A program made the position numbers and the translations under genes. A model generated the notes under the pieces. The model did no database searches and was not told where the DNA came from. It saw only the letters and a program-made list of their open reading frames with translations. A stretch of 64,000 nucleotides of DNA from Eledone cirrhosa (Eukaryota). Positions 27,301 to 39,499 of the stretch are shown one piece after another (position 1 is the first letter of the stretch; every line of letters begins with the position of its first letter). The DNA lies in assembly GCA_964016885.1 (NCBI GenBank), contig OZ024743.1:81468001-81532000 (forward strand), read 5' to 3'.

Positions 27301-29865
27301 AACTGCTACAAACCTTATTCCTAGTTATTTCTATTCTATTCCAAAATGTTCTCCTATACAAGGAGCAGGTCCCATTTGTATAATTATTTACCATTTTTTT
27401 CCATTTGGTTCTGGCTCCTCTATATACTCTGATTTTATGTCTCTGATTGTAACCAGAGAACTGCATCCGGTGGATGAAGTGTTGCATGTATCTATTTAGT
27501 TCTTTGAGGTTGCACATGCGGGACATGTTTCTCATCACTCGTACTAAATCCGCAATCAGTATGTTGATTTTGTTGTGATCCGAAACAGCTGAGTTTCGGT
27601 GGATCAGATATTTGGAAGTCATGGGTTTGGCATAATGGGAATAGAGGATTTGTTTTTTGTTATTAATGGTTTCTAACCAGAGCTCTGTGTCTAGTACAGG
27701 TAATCGATGGTTGGGGTGTTTGCTTGGGTAGTCTATAATAACTCTAATACTCTGGTGGATCGAGTTAGCTATTTGCTGGATGCTTTCCATGGTGTTTTTT
27801 TCTAATTCCTGACTGTTCTCTAGTGGTGGTGTTTTTACTACGATGTTTATATCATCAACGTAGCGGGAGTACATTATCAGGGTTAAGGGGTCTTCTAATT
27901 GTTCTTTAAGTTTAAGTTTAAGTCTACTGTCCCACCATACCATGAATAAGTTAGCTATGTCGCCTGCAATGCTAACACCAATGGCTGCTCCCTCCTCTTA
28001 GGCATATGTGTTTCCATTAAATTTGAACATATGTTCCTTAAGGGTTAGTTTTATACTGGCCCCAACCGCATGTGCAATCATTTTCTTTAGTTCATCATGG
28101 TTTTCGGGGGTCCGTATAACTCTGGTCCACCCGTTCCATCTTTCTGTGTGGGTTTTCTTGGCCATTGATGTAATGATAGGTGATCTGCCTCTTGCTGGCC
28201 TTGTGGGGCAGAGGTTGCTAAGGTCATACGTATCTAGATAATAATTACTATAAGCAAGTTTAAGTAGGAGTCCCAGCTCACTGGTATCAATCCTACGGAA
28301 TTCAACGTTGCTCTCACTGATCATTTCTACGCATTTCTCCACAGCAAAATCCACGTCAATGGATGGGTATAGAGACACAACATCCATACTACCTATTATA
28401 CAGTCTGTTAGGTCCCTAAATCGGTTATTTTCGCTGATTCTGTTGATAAGGTTCTCCGTACTGTCACATATATCCGGGGACATTTCAATGATGGGGCGTA
28501 CGATCAGGGAGAGGAAGTAGGAAAGTCTGTAGTTACTAGCAATATTAGCTCCACAGACTGGCCGCGTTGGTGGTCCCGTGACTGGGTCACTGTTCGACTT
28601 ATGGTCTTTTCGAAGCCCATAAAATGCTGGCACATCATTGTTGGCAGTCCGTTTATTGGGCTGCATTATGTTTGTCCACATCATCATATGACCGTTGAGG
28701 GTTTTCTCCCTATCCTCATGCTCTTGTGGTGTTACTTCTATTGTGTTAGTGATGTGGGGTTGCATTGCCGAGATGTAGTTTGACAGACTGTCAACCGACA
28801 TTCTGCCAGACTTGTCTGTTGGAATGCATGCAATCTCTCCATTACGTGAGCGCTGCATGAGCTTACGCAAACCATTTGCAGATTTTAATCCCAGTTGCTG
28901 GGCCTCCATTCTAGTTTGCTTCTTGCTATACTGTTCTATAATATTTCTAAATTTAGATCTAGCTATATTAAATTGTGCTTCTGTCTGTTCATCGAACTGC
29001 GACGGCAATTGCATGCGTTTGTTAAAAGCTAAAGTCGTGGCGTGGACTCGTCGTAGGTCGGAGGACATATCGGAAGGATTATAAAAAGTAGAATTCAAGG
29101 CTGCTGCTTTATGTGTACTATTGCTTTTGTTATTGTTAGTTGTGTTGTTTCTATTTCTATTTCCACCAACAGACTCATGGTTGTTTCTATGTCTCTCATT
29201 ATTAGTCCTGTCTCTTTCCTCTGGCTCATTGTTATTATCTACTCTATTTTGTGTGCCTGTGTGTTCGTCCTGGTTATTTTCTCTGTCAGTATCGATAGTC
29301 TCCCTTCTTCTTTCAATCCCATACCTTCCCTTACTTCTGTGTTACTGTCATTATCTCTTTTCTGTGTCTGTGTGTCTGTTAAGATTGTGGTGGTGGTGAG
29401 AAGCATAGGATGTGTGTTGATGTGGTTGTTTTGATGTGTGTTGTTGTTGATGTTTGTTGTTGTTGATGTGTGTTGTTGTTGTTATTGTTGTTGTCTCTGT
29501 GTATGTTGTTATTATTGTTGTGTGTGTTGTTGTTGTTACTGTTGTTTGTGTCTGTGTGTCTGTTGCTGTTGTCTCTGTGTATGTTATTATTGTTGATGTG
29601 TGTTGTTGTTGTTATCGATGTTTGTGTCTGTGTGTCTGTTGTTGTTGGGATGTGTGTTGTGTGTGTGTGCGTATGTTGTTACTTTTGTTTTTGTTGCTGT
29701 TGTTTTTGAGGCTCCGACGTAATTTTGTAAATGATTTTTCTATTTCTGACAAGCATCTTATCATATTTACCTTATTATATGTGGCATATTTAGGTGGTAG
29801 CTGTAATATGGATAGTTCATCAGGGTCTACTGTAGTGTTGCCGTATATATTTGTTTTGTTGTTGT
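24352..29865 (-). mobile_element. Near-full-length decayed Penelope-like retrotransposon (N-terminal region, RT, Cys linker, GIY-YIG, pLTR), interrupted by an LTR element
   Basis: N-terminal LSILQLPPKYA...EIEKSFTKLR (~29720-29820); PTDKSG, YGLRKDHK, TRPVCGA, GSMDVVSLYPSID (27998..29098); RYVDD, LPVLD, HYAKPM, RMQFSGY (27269..27943); after the insertion CIDKKCIIC...VYSIRC...YIGETARS...HQHAKIEH...LNGKHEW. Multiple stops and frameshifts; hammerhead with a C3>G change at 24481-24523. Confidence 0.95.
25302..27310 (-). mobile_element. Non-autonomous LTR retrotransposon (probably Gypsy-type): LTRs 25302-25636 and 26979-27310, AACC TSD, tRNA-Trp PBS, PPT
   Basis: Near-identical ~333-bp direct repeats; AACC at 25298-25301 and 27311-27314; removing the element restores the PLE frame (RNKVNRINS*YDSNKYQSVMF). 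PBS TGGTAACCCTGACGTGAT lies next to the 5' LTR and GGCGGGAGG next to the 3' LTR; no gag/pol ORF. Confidence 0.92.
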
Positions 29866-30460
29866 TGAATTATCTTATAAATTTAGAAGGGCTCTAGATA
29901 AACTTAAACTAAATATTAAGATAGTAGAAAGACTAGTTATCTCCATAAAAACACTTATTAGTAATACATACCATTTTCAAAGACCTCTCTGTATAGATAA
30001 GTATTGCATAATCTGTAAACTAAGCCCCATATTAACCGTAAAACTAGAAACATAGTATATAGCATAATATGTACTGAAGGACAATGTAAAGATAAGAATA
30101 TAGTGTACATAGGTGAGACTGCTCGTAGTATAGGAGAACGGTTAAATGAACACTGGCGAGAGCATCAAGATAGAAAAGATTCATCCGTACTCCACCAACA
30201 GGCTAAAATAGAACATAAGGGCAAATTAGAGAACATAGAAATAAAAATAAAATCTACACACAGAAAAGACGCAATGTTTAGACAAATCACAGAGGCAATA
30301 AACATAAATGAACTCCAACCAAAATTAAATAGAAAACATGAATGGAATAGCAACATCACAACTTACAATTAAGGACAAAATGAAAACACACACACATAGA
30401 ACAAACAACCAACCAGTAACATGTAAATAAACAAATAAAACACACACAGACACACATAAT
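29866..30460 (+). mobile_element. Inverted 5' copy of the PLE 3' end (GIY-YIG plus part of the 3' UTR)
   Basis: Reverse complement of about 24630-25228; ORF 30103..30372 YIGETARSIGERLNEH...LNRKHEWN. Confidence 0.92.
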
Positions 30461-30630
30461 AAATGTTCGGTGAATCCATACGTACATATATATATGTGAG
30501 CATGTATGTATATATATATATATACATACTACTGTACGTCTGTATATATATATGTATGTACGTGTACATACTTATATTTAAGTAACAGCCGTGCTAAGAG
30601 TGGGAAATGAAATTTCGTTTAATTTTTTCC

Positions 30631-30660
<30 letters not shown>

Positions 30661-30665
<5 letters not shown>

Positions 30666-30997
30666 GGAGGTGAGTTTTATTGTAGTACAATAAAGCAATG
30701 CAGATATCGGATAAGAAGCACTCTACAGTTTGTAGGACTGGAGTATCAATAATATATAAGATCAAAAGATGGTTAAAAGAGTTCCATGTATTCTATTATG
30801 CGCATTTCAAAAACAAATATCATCATGCAATAACATTTGCATTTTCGTCAGATAAAATAGGGAGACATGATATGAAGGTTAAAACACACTTGTGAATACT
30901 GCGAAAACGCAAATGTTATTGCATGATGATATTTGTTTTTGAAATGCGCATAATAAAATACATGGAACTCTTTTAACCATCTTTTAATCTTATATAT

Positions 30998-31000
<3 letters not shown>
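30661..31000. mobile_element. Fold-back pLTR-like cassette in (TA)n; hammerhead at 30791-30857 (-)
   Basis: Same family as 36039-36452; minus strand TTTTAT CTGACGA [stem II] GAAA T-GCGC-A TA ATAGAA; inverted arm 30899-31000. Confidence 0.88.
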
Positions 31001-31064
<64 letters not shown>

Positions 31065-31319
31065 TGTAAATGATATATACCTGGATAATACATGCTCGGA
31101 ACTGAGGTTTATTGAATATTTTACTGAGAAACAGCGATAGATATTTAATATGTATTGATTAAATCTAAATTATGTTTCATATATATATAAAGAGAGAGAG
31201 GGGGAGGGGAAGAGGAGGAGAAGGGGGGGGGGGGGCTTAGAGAGGATGCTGAACAAACTATGAGCTAACTAGATAGATACATTGATTGACTGATAGAAAG
31301 TTAGACAGGCAGATAGATA

Positions 31320-32295
31320 TCTTTCTTTATTTGCCACAGGGGCGTACAAAATTGGACATTACAAGACGGGACGGCGGGGGTTTTACATAAAATCTTTAAC
31401 AATGATAAATAACAATAAACTATATAAAAATAAAACAATTGAAATCCCCATTAGAGGGAGGGGGTAACGCTACTGCGGGGTTGTTTTACACCCCGTGGAT
31501 AGAACAACCCTCAACACCAGGAACACGTTTTGTAGGTGTTCCCGTCTTCCTTCTTTTTATCTTCCTCAACTTACAGGTTTATATACAGAGAAGGCCCATT
31601 CACTCGGGCCATTTTCGCCACATTCACCCACCTTTCGGCGAATTTACTGGGGTGTAGCACCTCTCTCTCCACTCTCACCTTCCTTCTGAAGTGATACTTA
31701 AAGAAGGAGATGAGTTGTTGTCCGGAGAGAAATGTGTTTGCCCTCAGTACTTTTAACCTCGTCCACCATATTACGTCTTTCGTCATAGCCACCAGACAGA
31801 GGAAGACCGCCTCTCCTTCATTTTCATTCTTAAATGAAGGCGGCCGGGTGATCCTCACGATGGTCTCGGCTGACAACTGGATGCGTTCTACATGTGACAG
31901 TAGCTGTTCGACATAATTCCACAGGTCGGTCACCCCTGAGCACTGAACAATTGCGTACAGAACGGTTTCGATGTCCTGCTCGCATCTTGAACAGGTCCTT
32001 TTGGCAGGATCCCTGCCAGGGCGTCCGTGCCTGCAGATTTTGTCTCGAACTGGTAGAGCTCCTCGGTAGCACTGCCAGGCCAGAGACCTCTGGAAGTTAT
32101 CCATAGGCCCTGGACGGAAAGTTCTCCCGAACAGACTAGTCAGTTCGTCCTCCTCGATGCCTAGAGTTTCCCTGAGAACGTCGGCGCACTTATCCTCCAC
32201 TAATCCCCTATAGAATGTCGAAGTGGAGTCTCCGCTGATTGCCGTTTCCACTTGGTAGAGGGCTGTGAGCGCCTGGGGGCATTGGAGGTGCCAAG
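31320..32295 (-). mobile_element. L1/Tx1-clade LINE 3' fragment (zf-RVT domain plus 3' UTR)
   Basis: ORF 31571..32251 reads LAWQCYRGALPVRDK...CSRCEQDIETVLYAIVQC...LW; the 3' end is AATAAAGAAAG, with (GATA)n-like flanks on both sides. Confidence 0.85.
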
Positions 32296-32468
32296 CAGAT
32301 ATATAGATAGATAGATAGATAAATACACATATCTACATACAAATATACATTCATATATATATATATACATACATGTATATCTACATATCTAAACATACAC
32401 TCAACTTATACATACTTAGATACATACCTACATACATACATACATGCATACATACATACATACATACA

Positions 32469-32538
<70 letters not shown>

Positions 32539-33004
32539 AATTACAGACTTTAAAACGTGATACTCATCAGAAAAGGCGTTTGTGTATTGAGAATGGCTTT
32601 AGTTGGAAGACATTTAATCGATTTCTGATTAGTGTATAGTGAGGAGAGAGGGAGGTGTCTGAGGGGGGAGGGGAGAGATGACGTAGGGGGAGGGAGAGAT
32701 GACGTAGGGGGAGGGAGAGATGGCTAAGGGGAGGAAGGGTTTTGTATGTTGAGGGTGAGTGGGGTATGATAGAGGGAGCTGTTGTAGTTAATCATTATCT
32801 GTGTTGGGTGGTCAAAGAACATTCTGGTCAACTTCCAGTCAGAAGAAGTGTAATACAATTAATCTATTACGATTTGTTTAGAGTTTGGGGAGTGATGATT
32901 GCTCTAAGAATTGACATTATTTTGGGCCTACGTCGGTTGCGACGAACACTGTTCCAGCTTTGCAAAACAACAGAACAAGCCTACTCCTGAAATTATCGTG
33001 TATG

Positions 33005-33447
33005 GAGCTGTAACCTACATGTTCCACAAACACGTGTACTCTTAATATAATTCTCATGTAGAGTCTACGTGATACCAGTGTTATAAGACTAAACACAGAC
33101 ACGTGGATCCTCAACTTAGTTCCATATTAGATTGAGCATGCCACAGTTTGTAATAAGCTGACCTTTTGGAATTACAAGTACAGTCCATCTTATATTGTAG
33201 TATATGTAGCTGAGCCTTCCACAGACACGTGTACCCTTAATGAAGTTCTCAGGGAGGTTCAGAATGACGTGGTGTGACTTGGTTGCCGACTTGTACTACA
33301 GTTACAATACATTTTGTTTCATCTGAGCCGATTGGAACAACGTGAAATCAAATGCGTTAATCAACTGACAGAACATGATGCTGGAAATGCCATGACCGTA
33401 CAATCGTGAGCCAACCATTCTAACCACTAAACTACCTGTCTTCACAC
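33005..33447 (-). mobile_element. CORE-like SINE with repeated 3' units
   Basis: ctaaccactaaactacctgtcttcac is the reverse-complement head; acacgtgtacccttaa units present. Confidence 0.65.
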
Positions 33448-34289
33448 ACTAATATGTATTATATGTATGGTGATCAGCCTTTTTGACATTGAATCATGTG
33501 ATGTGACCAAACTGATTATTCGGCCAAATAGTTTATACGTTTATTTATTCAATAGGACTCTGTTGGTTTTTGGTGTGTTCTTTATGTTGCTGGTCACGTC
33601 CCCACTATGTCAGGCCCGATGTTACAAGTTGCCAGTTTTTAATATTTATATATTGAAATTCCTTTTGAAATTCCTCGCTTCAATGAAAACAGTAAATGGT
33701 GCGATAAGTTGTTGCTTAATTTCAACAAATTGTTAGATTTTGTGTATATATCGTCATTCATATACGACTATGTTCATGTCACATGACACACAAACACTCT
33801 TTAATACTGACCCTTGAAAGAGAAGGGCAGAATTAATTTCAACCTGAAGTCATGAGATATCGCAAAATTTCCATTGGTTTCAGTTGTGTGTTCATCGTAA
33901 TTCGTAAATGTCTGTATGTTTATTTCACATGACACACAAGTATCTCCTCCAATATTGACCTTGAAACAAAAGGTCAGAACTAATGTCTACCTGCAGCCAT
34001 AGGTATAACATGTTTAATGATAAACAACAAACGTTCTGATGAGTCATATATACATGCCAATACAACAGGATGATGTCACATATCACTTGCTCTCTAACTT
34101 ATATAAGACTTTTACTGGGAATTCCTTTTACTGAGAATTGATGTTGACGTTCATTGCGACTCAACTGTTCAGGAACGTCAACCTACCTTTCTATCAGATA
34201 GGTTATCTAGCAATGTGCCTACTGAATATTTCTTATCCATTCAGCGGCATATCATTATAGCCACACTCCACATGGACCTCACATATGGC

Positions 34290-34460
34290 TAGGGTCGGAC
34301 ACCATGCTTTGACGCATAGAGTTACGGCCCTTGCCATTCTGAGTTCAAATCCCACCGAGGTTAACTTTGCTTTTCATCCTTAAGTGGTCGATAAAATAAA
34401 GTACCAGTAATACACTGGGATAATTGCTGGCTTTTTGCCAAAATAGAAACAATTATTTAA
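34290..34460 (+). mobile_element. Nin/Deu-domain SINE (5'-truncated)
   Basis: B-box and Nin motif as in the other copies. Confidence 0.88.
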
Positions 34461-34834
34461 TCAGAATCCGTCCCGTTGTTGACCAAAGGAGACATAAACT
34501 CACCTAATCGTCTAGCCGACGCTCGGGTTTCTATTGTTCAACAATGAGCGAACATATCACTTTTACATACTTATTTTACTGTTATTCAAGTGTTGCCTCA
34601 GTGATATGATGTAGCACCTCGGGGCTCAAATACCATTTATGTTGACCTTAAGAAACCTTGTCTTCCTTAAATTCAGATCTTATTATTGTCTGTCACTACT
34701 GGTACATCTGAGGTAGACGTTACCAGGGGACGCTAATATCTTTTGTCATGTCTAGTAGCAACATCCTTAAAGATAAACGTGTCCTCACCAGACTCACACT
34801 TCTGACACCGAGATATTCTTCAACCGCACCCCAG

Positions 34835-34980
34835 TGAAGACGCATGCTTAGTGGTTAGAGCATTGGGCTTGGAATCGAAAGGTTGTGAGTTCAATTCTCG
34901 GACCGTGTGATGTTGTTTCCTTGAGCAAGACACTTTATTTGAAGTTGCTCCATTTTACTCAGCTGTAGAAATGAGATGAT
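34835..34980 (+). mobile_element. CORE-like tRNA SINE
   Basis: cttagtggttagagc A-box, gagttcaattct B-box, ccttgagcaagacactttatt. Confidence 0.82.
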
Positions 34981-35793
34981 AGGACTGGGGTCTCTATCAT
35001 TAAATCACCCAAGGCACCTTCAACGTGATATAACTTGGAGGAGGCCAGCTAAACCTGCATAGGTGTGAGCTGTCACACACACACAGGAATTGCTGGCAGT
35101 CTAAACATAGTGCAGGATTGGATGGCTGGAGAGGAGATGAACACCGTCAAACATTTCTAAGTCCCTTTGAAATGTTTATGATGGACATACAGTCAGACGT
35201 CTACAGTAGGTAGTCCCAATATCTGAACACACCAGTTACGAGAATTTGATTAATTTATTTGATGTCGTAACCACGGATTTCTCCGTATTTGCAGTATAAC
35301 ATACCAAATGTAATATTTAGTCTGGTGAAATCTTTATTACGATAGAATCCTGTTAAATGTGACTAGTTCCAACTTCTGTCTAAACCCTTCTGGAATATTC
35401 CGTCAACATTCTAAATCTACATACAATACCAACGTATGCAAATATATTATTAAATTCAAAATAAATCAGAGTCGGTGAAGGGGAGGACAGGGGAAGTAGA
35501 GAAGAAATTGTCATTAATGATCGTTACCTAGGCAACGATTTTATATTGATGACTTGATAGCAATATTTATTTTCACTAAAGTTGCATTTTTTAATATTGT
35601 GATCTACTCCAATTAGTGGTGGTCACCATATTGATTATTGTTGTTGTTATTGTTGTCTGGATGTGGAGGTGGGGATTATTGGTGGTGTTGTTGGTGGTGG
35701 TGGCGGTGGTGGTGGTGGTGGTGTTGTTGTTGTCGTAGTTGTAACATTTGTTAACGGAGGTTAGAGTGTCGGTGTTGAATGTGATGGACAAGG

Positions 35794-35879
35794 TTACGAT
35801 TGTAGTAATGAGGATGTACAGGTGAGGTTGAGTAGGAGGGGGAGGAGGTGGTGGAGGAGGGGGAGGGGTCGTGATGATC
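35794..35879 (-). CDS. Candidate terminal host exon encoding a hydrophobic C-terminus (SSRPLPLLHHLLPLLLNLTCTSSLLQS*)
   Basis: Minus-strand acceptor ctgtctatctgttcttatttcag; the phase-1 reading resembles a GPI-addition signal. No partner exon was identified. Confidence 0.25.
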
Positions 35880-35998
35880 CTGAAATAAGAACAGATAGAC
35901 AGTTTCTGTAAGTTCAATCCTATATCAAATCAAGCGTTAAAATAATATATTTCTTCAATGTACTGTGTTGTTTGGTGTGTTATTTCTGTTTACTTTTT

Positions 35999-36038
<40 letters not shown>

Positions 36039-36444
36039 GTAGGAGGTGAGTTTTATTGTAGTACAATAAAGCAATGCAGATATCGGATAAGAAGCACTCT
36101 ACAGTTTGTAGGACTGGAATATACATAATATATAAGATCAAAAGATGGTTAAAGGAGTTCCATGTATTTTATTATGCGCATTTCAAAAACAAACATCATC
36201 ATGCAATAATATTTGTGTTTTCATCAGATAAAACAGGAGAACATGATATGAAGGCTAAAAAACACTTGTGGATAGTGCAGTTATATGTTGATTTAAAACT
36301 GCATTATCCACAAGTGTTTTTTAGCCTTCATATCATGTTCTCCTGTTTTATCTGATGAAAACACAAATATTATTGCATGATGATGTTTGTTTTTGAAATG
36401 CGCATAATAAAATACATGGAACTCCTTTAACCATCTTTTGATCT

Positions 36445-36452
<8 letters not shown>
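36039..36452. mobile_element. Fold-back cassette with two oppositely oriented intact hammerheads (36167-36233 -, 36346-36412 +)
   Basis: Near-perfect ~155-bp arms; plus strand TTTTAT CTGATGA AAACACAAATATTA...TGATGTTTGTTTTT GAAA T-GCGC-A TA ATAAAA; both ends in (TA)n. Confidence 0.92.
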
Positions 36453-36476
<24 letters not shown>

Positions 36477-36804
36477 GTCTGTGTGTGTATGTGTATATGT
36501 GTGTGTGTGATAGGTGTTCACGTCTACCTTTCTCTACTGTACATCTATTACACTTCCCACCTGTCTAATTGCAATAATATATTTGCCAATACGCATGTGC
36601 ACGTCTGTGTGCGTGAGTGTGAGTGTGTGTGTGTATGTGAATGATGTGCTATTAAAGAGAGAGTATTGAAAGTGTGTATAAGAGAGAGAGATATTGGAGG
36701 TGTGTGTGATAGTATAGAAGGTGTGTGTGTGGTTTACATCATTATCACAAATGTATGTTAGTTGTCATCCTCAATTTTTTTAATCCTCGATATCTTCTTT
36801 AGAG

Positions 36805-37031
36805 CTCTCTAGTGTTAGAAACCACGAAATATTCCTGTAAACCTCTCTAGTGTTAGAAACCATGAAATGTTCCTGTAAACTTATCTAGGGTTAGAAATCA
36901 TGAAATGTTCCTGTAAACCTCTCTAGTGTTAGAAATCATAAAATGTTCCTGTAAACCTCTCTAGTGTTAGAAATCATGAAATGTTCCTGTAAACCTCTCT
37001 AGGGTTAGAAATCATGAAATGTTCCTGTAAA
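36805..37031. repeat. 38-bp tandem repeat, 6 copies (CTCTCTAGTGTTAGAAATCATGAAATGTTCCTGTAAAC)
   Basis: Directly visible. Confidence 0.95.
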
Positions 37032-37086
37032 GCGCAGCTCAGTTTTCTCATTCTCTTCACTTTCCTATAGTAAATGAAAGAAATAT

Positions 37087-37396
37087 GTTGCTGTTGTTTC
37101 TGTTGTAATTGTTGTTGTTGCTGTTGTTGTTGTTGTAATTGTTGTTGTTGCTATTGTTGTTGTTGCTATTGTTGTTGATGTTGTTGTTGTTGCTTTTATT
37201 ATGGCCGTTGTTGCTGCTGTTGTTGGCATTGTTGCTGTTGTTGTTGTTGCTGTTGCTGTTATGGCTGTTGTTGTTGCTACTGTTGTTATTGCTGTTGTTG
37301 CTGCTGTTGTTGCTGCTGTTGTTGATGCTGCTGCTGTTGCTGCTGCTGCTGTTGTTGTTGTTGTTGCTACTGTTGTTGTTGCTGCTGCTGTTGTTA
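37087..37396. repeat. (GTT/GCT)n trinucleotide repeat
   Basis: Directly visible. Confidence 0.95.
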
Positions 37397-37695
37397 TTCC
37401 AACTTTCTTTCTACGCTTCCTTTACACAGCTGCAGTTTTTCAATTCTATGCAATGTTTTTTCTTCAATTTCTACCGTTTCTTATGCTAAAACAGTTTCAG
37501 ATGTGATAACACACACATACAAACACACAAAGATACACACACATACACAAACACAAACACACACATATACATATACATATATATATACATATATATGTAT
37601 ATATATATATATATATGTGTGTTTGTATATATTTGTATTTATGTATATAAATATTTTGTATGTATATATATATGTGTGTGTGTATGTGTATATAT

Positions 37696-37735
<40 letters not shown>

Positions 37736-37859
37736 CTCTGCTCTATACTGTACCGATTGTGTTGTTATTTCTGCTTAACTTTTACATATATATATAATAG
37801 ACAAAACAAGGAAGTTTAGTTTTAGTTTACATATGAAAATATATGTATATATATATATG

Positions 37860-38313
37860 CAAAAGTTCTATTTAAATTGTTGGGATACAACAAGCAAATA
37901 TTTTTATAACTGATATAAAGCACTCGACAAGTATTTGGAGTATATATACGATATTAACAAATGGAAACTATATTTATAAAACCATATTTATTCTATTATA
38001 CATATTTCAAGGATACCATGTTAAATTATGGTATGCCTTCATCAGACAAAATACAATATATACCAGTTTTATAAATAAACATTGACCTACCCTTTCAAAA
38101 TGCAACCGTTACTTTTGGAAGACATCAGATATCCTGATGTCTTCCAAAAGTAACGGCTGCATTTTGAAAGGGTACGTCAATGTTTATTTATAAAACTGGT
38201 ATATATTGTATTTTGTCTGATGAAGGCATACCATAATTTAACATGGTATCCTTGAAATATGTATAATAGAATAAATATGGTTTTATAAATATAGTTTCCA
38301 TTTGTTAATATCT

Positions 38314-38320
<7 letters not shown>
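37860..38320. mobile_element. Fold-back cassette with two hammerheads (37991-38051 -, 38211-38271 +)
   Basis: About 185-bp near-perfect arms around 38130; plus strand TTTTGT CTGATGA AGGCATACCAT...ATGGTATCCTT GAAA T-ATGT-A TA ATAGAA; (TA)n on both sides. Confidence 0.9.
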
Positions 38321-38357
<37 letters not shown>

Positions 38358-38604
38358 CATATGTTGCATAATATATGCAGGGGGGGGGGGGTGCAGTGCA
38401 CCTTACTGCTGCATTAAGTGTGGCCACGAACTATTATAGGCACCAGTTTTACGTGTGTTGTATTAAAGCGAATAGCTATGTGTATACTCTGGGAATGTAT
38501 CTTACATTACCTATTGAGTACGCTGAGATACAATCGATCCTGGCATTGATAAATATGCTGGGTCCGTCAACTCCTTATTATATATATATAATAAGGAGTT
38601 GGCG

Positions 38605-38718
38605 GTACTTTATTTTATCGACCCCGTAATTCTTTCATCCTTACGGGGTCGATAAAATAAAGTACCAGTAATGCACTTGGTAATTGCTGGCCTTGTGCCT
38701 AAAGTAGAAACAATTATA
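38605..38718. mobile_element. Nin-SINE 3' fragment with an inverted 5' duplication
   Basis: GTACTTTATTTTATCGACCCCGTAA-loop-TTACGGGGTCGATAAAATAAAGTAC. Confidence 0.85.
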
Positions 38719-39074
38719 TATATATATATATAAAGCCACCGCTCATTAATTAAATATGCAGTCAGATTCGAAAACGGTTTTAGCAACAGAAGTAAAGGAA
38801 GTTGACCCGAAATAGGTCAATGAAAATATGTATTCTCTGATCGAGGTAAAATGAGCAAACCTGTGACTTCAAAGTCTTCATTCACCTCACATTGATACTG
38901 TCACATCCTCTCTCTATCTTTCATTCACTCTTTAAACTCAAATTTACATAAAACAATCTCTGTTAATGACTTCACATTTAAATTCAAATGTTGGACTAAA
39001 ATCTTATTTCATGACAGATATTAGATTTCAATAATTAAATATTTATGTTTATTATTATGTTGAATTAAGTTGAA

Positions 39075-39266
39075 AGGGCGGTGGATTGGCAGTATCGGGA
39101 GAGGGTCGGACGCCATGCTTTGACGCATAGAGTTATGGCCCTTTCCATTCTGAGTTCAAATCCCGCCGAGATTAACTTTACCTTTCATCCTTACGGGGTC
39201 GATAAAATAAATACCAGTAATGTACTGGGTAATTGCTGGCCTTGTGCCTATAGTAGAAATAATTAT
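39075..39266 (+). mobile_element. Full-length Nin/Deu-domain tRNA SINE, followed by an older SINE head (39278-39355)
   Basis: A-box TGGCAGTATCGG, B-box GAGTTCAAATCC and the Nin motif. Confidence 0.9.
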
Positions 39267-39499
39267 TAAGTTGAATAAAGGCAGTAGGCTGGCTGTATCG
39301 GGAGAGCATTAGACAACAATCTTTATGACATGAAGTTACGGCCATTTATTTTCGAGGTGGTGGTGGTGATGGTGGAGATGGTGATGGTGGTAGTGATGGT
39401 AGTGGTGATGGTGGTGGTGGTGGTGGTTGTGGTTGTGGTGGTGGTGGTGGTAGTGGGGGAATGAAGGGGAAATAAAAATTAAAAATAACCAAATGTTAT

